NCBI RefSeq assembly: GCF_031082295.1
Contig: NZ_JAVHLD010000002.1
Span: 40,976-104,975 of the forward strand
Length of the DNA stretch: 64,000 bases
DNA from: Humidesulfovibrio sp.
Lineage (GTDB): Bacteria > Desulfobacterota > Desulfovibrionia > Desulfovibrionales > Desulfovibrionaceae
Direction of reading: 5' to 3'
The notes beneath the pieces were generated by a model, which was given only the letters and a program-made list of their open reading frames with translations, did no database searches and was not told the DNA's origin. Position 1 is the stretch's first letter; each line of letters opens with the position of its first letter. This document shows, piece by piece, positions 61,596-64,000 of this stretch. A program made the position numbers and the translations under genes.

Positions 61596-63503
61596 ATGGC
61601 TAGAAACTACGATACCACCCTGCCCGCCCTGCTGCTCGCCCAGGCAAGTAAGCGCCCACGCAAGACCGCCCTGCGCGAAAAGCAGTGGGGCGTCTGGCAG
61701 CCCTATTCCTGGCGCGACTACCTCGGCCTCACGGCGGAATTCGCCTGCGGCCTGCGAGAGTTGGGCCTTGGCCAGGGCGACATGGTCATCCTGATCGGCG
61801 ACAACCGCCCCGAGTGGCTCTTCGCCGAAATCGCCATCCAGGCTCTTGGCGGCATGGCCCTTGGCCTCTACCAGGACTCCACGGCCGACGAAGTGCGCTA
61901 CATCTTCGAACTTTCCGAGGCCAGGCTGGTGGTGGCGGAAGACCAGGAGCAGGTGGACAAGATCCTGAGCCTGCGCCCGGACCTCCCGCAACTTAGGCAT
62001 ATCATCTTCCACGACCCCAAGGGCCTCACCGGCTACGAGGCGGAGGACCTGCTTTCCTTCGAGGCCGTGTGCGAGAGGGGACGCAAGGCCGTCACCGACT
62101 CCGTGGCCGAGTTCAGCAGCATGACCGAACGCCTCAAGCCAACGGACCCCTGCCTGGTGGCCACCACCTCCGGCACTACGGGACGCCCCAAGCTGGCCAT
62201 GCTTTCGCACCGCAACATGCTCTCCATGGCCGCGAACCTCGGCCAGGTGGACCCCAAGCGCGAGAGCGACGAGTTCGTGTCGTTCCTGCCCCTGGCCTGG
62301 ATGGGCGAGCAGATGATGGCCGTGGCCTCCAGCCTGCTTTTCGGCTTCTGCGTGAACTTCCCGGAGGAGCCGGACACCGCCCAGGCCAACATCCGCGAGA
62401 TCGGACCGCACCTGATCTTCTCTCCGCCGCGCGTGTGGGAAGGCCTGTCGGCCAAGGTCCGGGGCGACATCCTGGAGACCACCTCGCTCAAGCGCTTCCT
62501 GTACAACTTCTTTCTGCCCATCGGGCTCAAGTACGTGGACGAGACCTTTGCCGGCCGCAAGCCCGGCGCGATGCTCAGCCTCGGAAACTTCGTGGCGGAC
62601 TGCTGCCTGTTCCGTGCCCTGCGCGACCGCCTCGGCTTCTCGCGCATCCGGTCGGCCTCCACCGGCGGCGCGGCCCTGGGGCCGGACACCATCCGCTTCT
62701 TCCACGCCCTCGGCGTGAACCTGAAGCAGATATACGGCCAGACGGAGATTGCCGGCATCTCGTGCATCCATCGCGATGGCGCCGTGGACTTCGACTCCGT
62801 TGGCCTGCCCATCCCCGAGACTGAGCTCAAGCTGTCCGAGGAGGGCGAGATCCTGTCCAAGAGCCCGGCGGTTTTTTTGGGCTACTACAAGAACGAGAAG
62901 GCTACGGCGGAGACGATCCAGGACGGCTGGCTGCTCTCGGGCGACGCAGGCTACTTCGACGACTCCGGTCGGCTGGTGGTCATCGACCGCCTGAAGGACG
63001 TCATGCACCTGAAGGACGGCACGCGCTTCTCGCCACAGTTCCTGGAGAACAAGCTCAAGTTCTCGCCCTTCCTGCGTGAGGCCGTGGTGCTTGGCCAGGC
63101 GCGCGACATCGTCACGGCCATCGTCTGCATCGACATGAACATCGTCGGCCACTGGGCCGAGGGCCGCATGATCACCTACACCACCTACCAGGACCTGGCT
63201 GCCAAGGACCAAGTCTACGCGCTGGTGAAGGACGAGATCCGGAAAATCAACAAGAGCCTGCCCGAGGCCACGCGCATCCGCCGTTTCGCCCTGCTTTACA
63301 AGGAACTGGACGCCGACGACGGCGAGCTGACCCGGACCCGCAAGGTGCGCCGTGGGACCATCAACGAACGCTACGGAGCTCTCATCGAGGCCCTGTACAC
63401 CGACGCCTGCACCATGCGCCTGGACATGGCCATCCAATACCAGGACGGCCGCGTGCAGGAAATGTGCGGCGACATCCGCATCGAGACAGTGGAGGACGAG
63501 TAG
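61596..63503 (+). CDS. AMP-binding long-chain acyl-CoA synthetase-like protein
   Basis: TSGTTGRPK, SFLPLAW, YGQTE, GWL.SGDAG, IDRLKD. Confidence 0.92.
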   Translation: MARNYDTTLPALLLAQASKRPRKTALREKQWGVWQPYSWRDYLGLTAEFACGLRELGLGQGDMVILIGDNRPEWLFAEIAIQALGGMALGLYQDSTADEVRYIFELSEARLVVAEDQEQVDKILSLRPDLPQLRHIIFHDPKGLTGYEAEDLLSFEAVCERGRKAVTDSVAEFSSMTERLKPTDPCLVATTSGTTGRPKLAMLSHRNMLSMAANLGQVDPKRESDEFVSFLPLAWMGEQMMAVASSLLFGFCVNFPEEPDTAQANIREIGPHLIFSPPRVWEGLSAKVRGDILETTSLKRFLYNFFLPIGLKYVDETFAGRKPGAMLSLGNFVADCCLFRALRDRLGFSRIRSASTGGAALGPDTIRFFHALGVNLKQIYGQTEIAGISCIHRDGAVDFDSVGLPIPETELKLSEEGEILSKSPAVFLGYYKNEKATAETIQDGWLLSGDAGYFDDSGRLVVIDRLKDVMHLKDGTRFSPQFLENKLKFSPFLREAVVLGQARDIVTAIVCIDMNIVGHWAEGRMITYTTYQDLAAKDQVYALVKDEIRKINKSLPEATRIRRFALLYKELDADDGELTRTRKVRRGTINERYGALIEALYTDACTMRLDMAIQYQDGRVQEMCGDIRIETVEDE

Positions 63504-63506
63504 GCC

Positions 63507-64000
63507 GTGGAATATTATCTCCAATTATTCATCAACGGCCTGGTGGTGGGCAGCATCTACAGCCTGGTGGCCCTTGGCTTCGTGGTCATCTACAAGGCCA
63601 CCAAGGTCGTCAACTTCGCCCAGGGCGAAATGGTCATGGTGGGCGCGTACGTGTGCTTCGGGCTCACGGTGCAGCTGCACATCCCGTTTTTCTGGGCGTT
63701 CCTCATGACGCTGGCCTTCTCCGTGCTGCTGGGCATGGCCATCGAACGCCTGGCGCTCCGACCCCTCATCGGCGAGGCGCACATCTGCGTCATCATGGTG
63801 ACCATCGGCCTGTCCTCCGTGCTCAAGAGCGTGGTGCAGCTCATCTGGGGCACACAGATAAAGGTCTATCCTGAAGTCTTGCCCACAACGCCCATCATGA
63901 TCGCGGGCATGCCGGTGGCGCCGGTGTACATCGCGGCCTTCGCGCTCTCCGGCGTGCTGTTCGCAGTGTTCACCGCCTTCTTCAAGTACTCCCGCATGGG
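63507..64000 (+). CDS. LivH-like branched-chain-type ABC permease (3' end outside window)
   Basis: GTG start; QLFINGLVVGSIYSLVALGFVVIYKAT.VVNFAQGE. Confidence 0.92.
   Translation, partial: MEYYLQLFINGLVVGSIYSLVALGFVVIYKATKVVNFAQGEMVMVGAYVCFGLTVQLHIPFFWAFLMTLAFSVLLGMAIERLALRPLIGEAHICVIMVTIGLSSVLKSVVQLIWGTQIKVYPEVLPTTPIMIAGMPVAPVYIAAFALSGVLFAVFTAFFKYSRM

Noticed and set aside
44071-63524. Further long antisense or alternate-frame ORFs (44071-45981, 47125-48579, 52402-53817, 56545-57999, 61572-63524)
   Set aside because: They overlap well-supported genes and show no independent coding signal

Overview
GC-rich bacterial chromosome segment. Gene content and order (ileS-lspA-cpoB, rel-oppA-SWIM/SNF2, fused acetyl-CoA carboxylase, nadCAB, glyQS-recO-rodZ-surA-mfd, dispersed chemotaxis genes) suggest a Desulfovibrionaceae-type deltaproteobacterium (inference). 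About 49 intact CDS (ileS and livH cut by the window ends) and one tRNA-Arg(CCG). I found no CRISPR array, integrase, transposase or obvious pseudogene. The main candidate for an undescribed system is a tightly coupled four-gene envelope operon at 5928-20077. It encodes an AsmA/YdbH-like bridge protein (1235 aa), a DUF1318/YdbL lipoprotein, a 2863-aa exported TolB-propeller/TPR/CHAT caspase-like protease with a duplicated TPR-CHAT module (first copy catalytically dead, second with an intact His-Cys dyad), and an SH3b-M48 metalloprotease. A perfect 14-bp palindrome sits over its predicted promoter. Other notable items: a Cu/Zn-SOD homologue missing a Cu ligand and the catalytic Arg, an MCP with a C-terminal cytoplasmic Cache domain, a REP-doublet-like inverted element, an alpha-beta fused carboxyltransferase with a tandem non-canonical biotin carrier, a Na+-type stator signature next to a PilZ gene, and candidate sigma54 and sigma28 promoters. 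All domain calls come from motif recognition by eye; no database searches were run.
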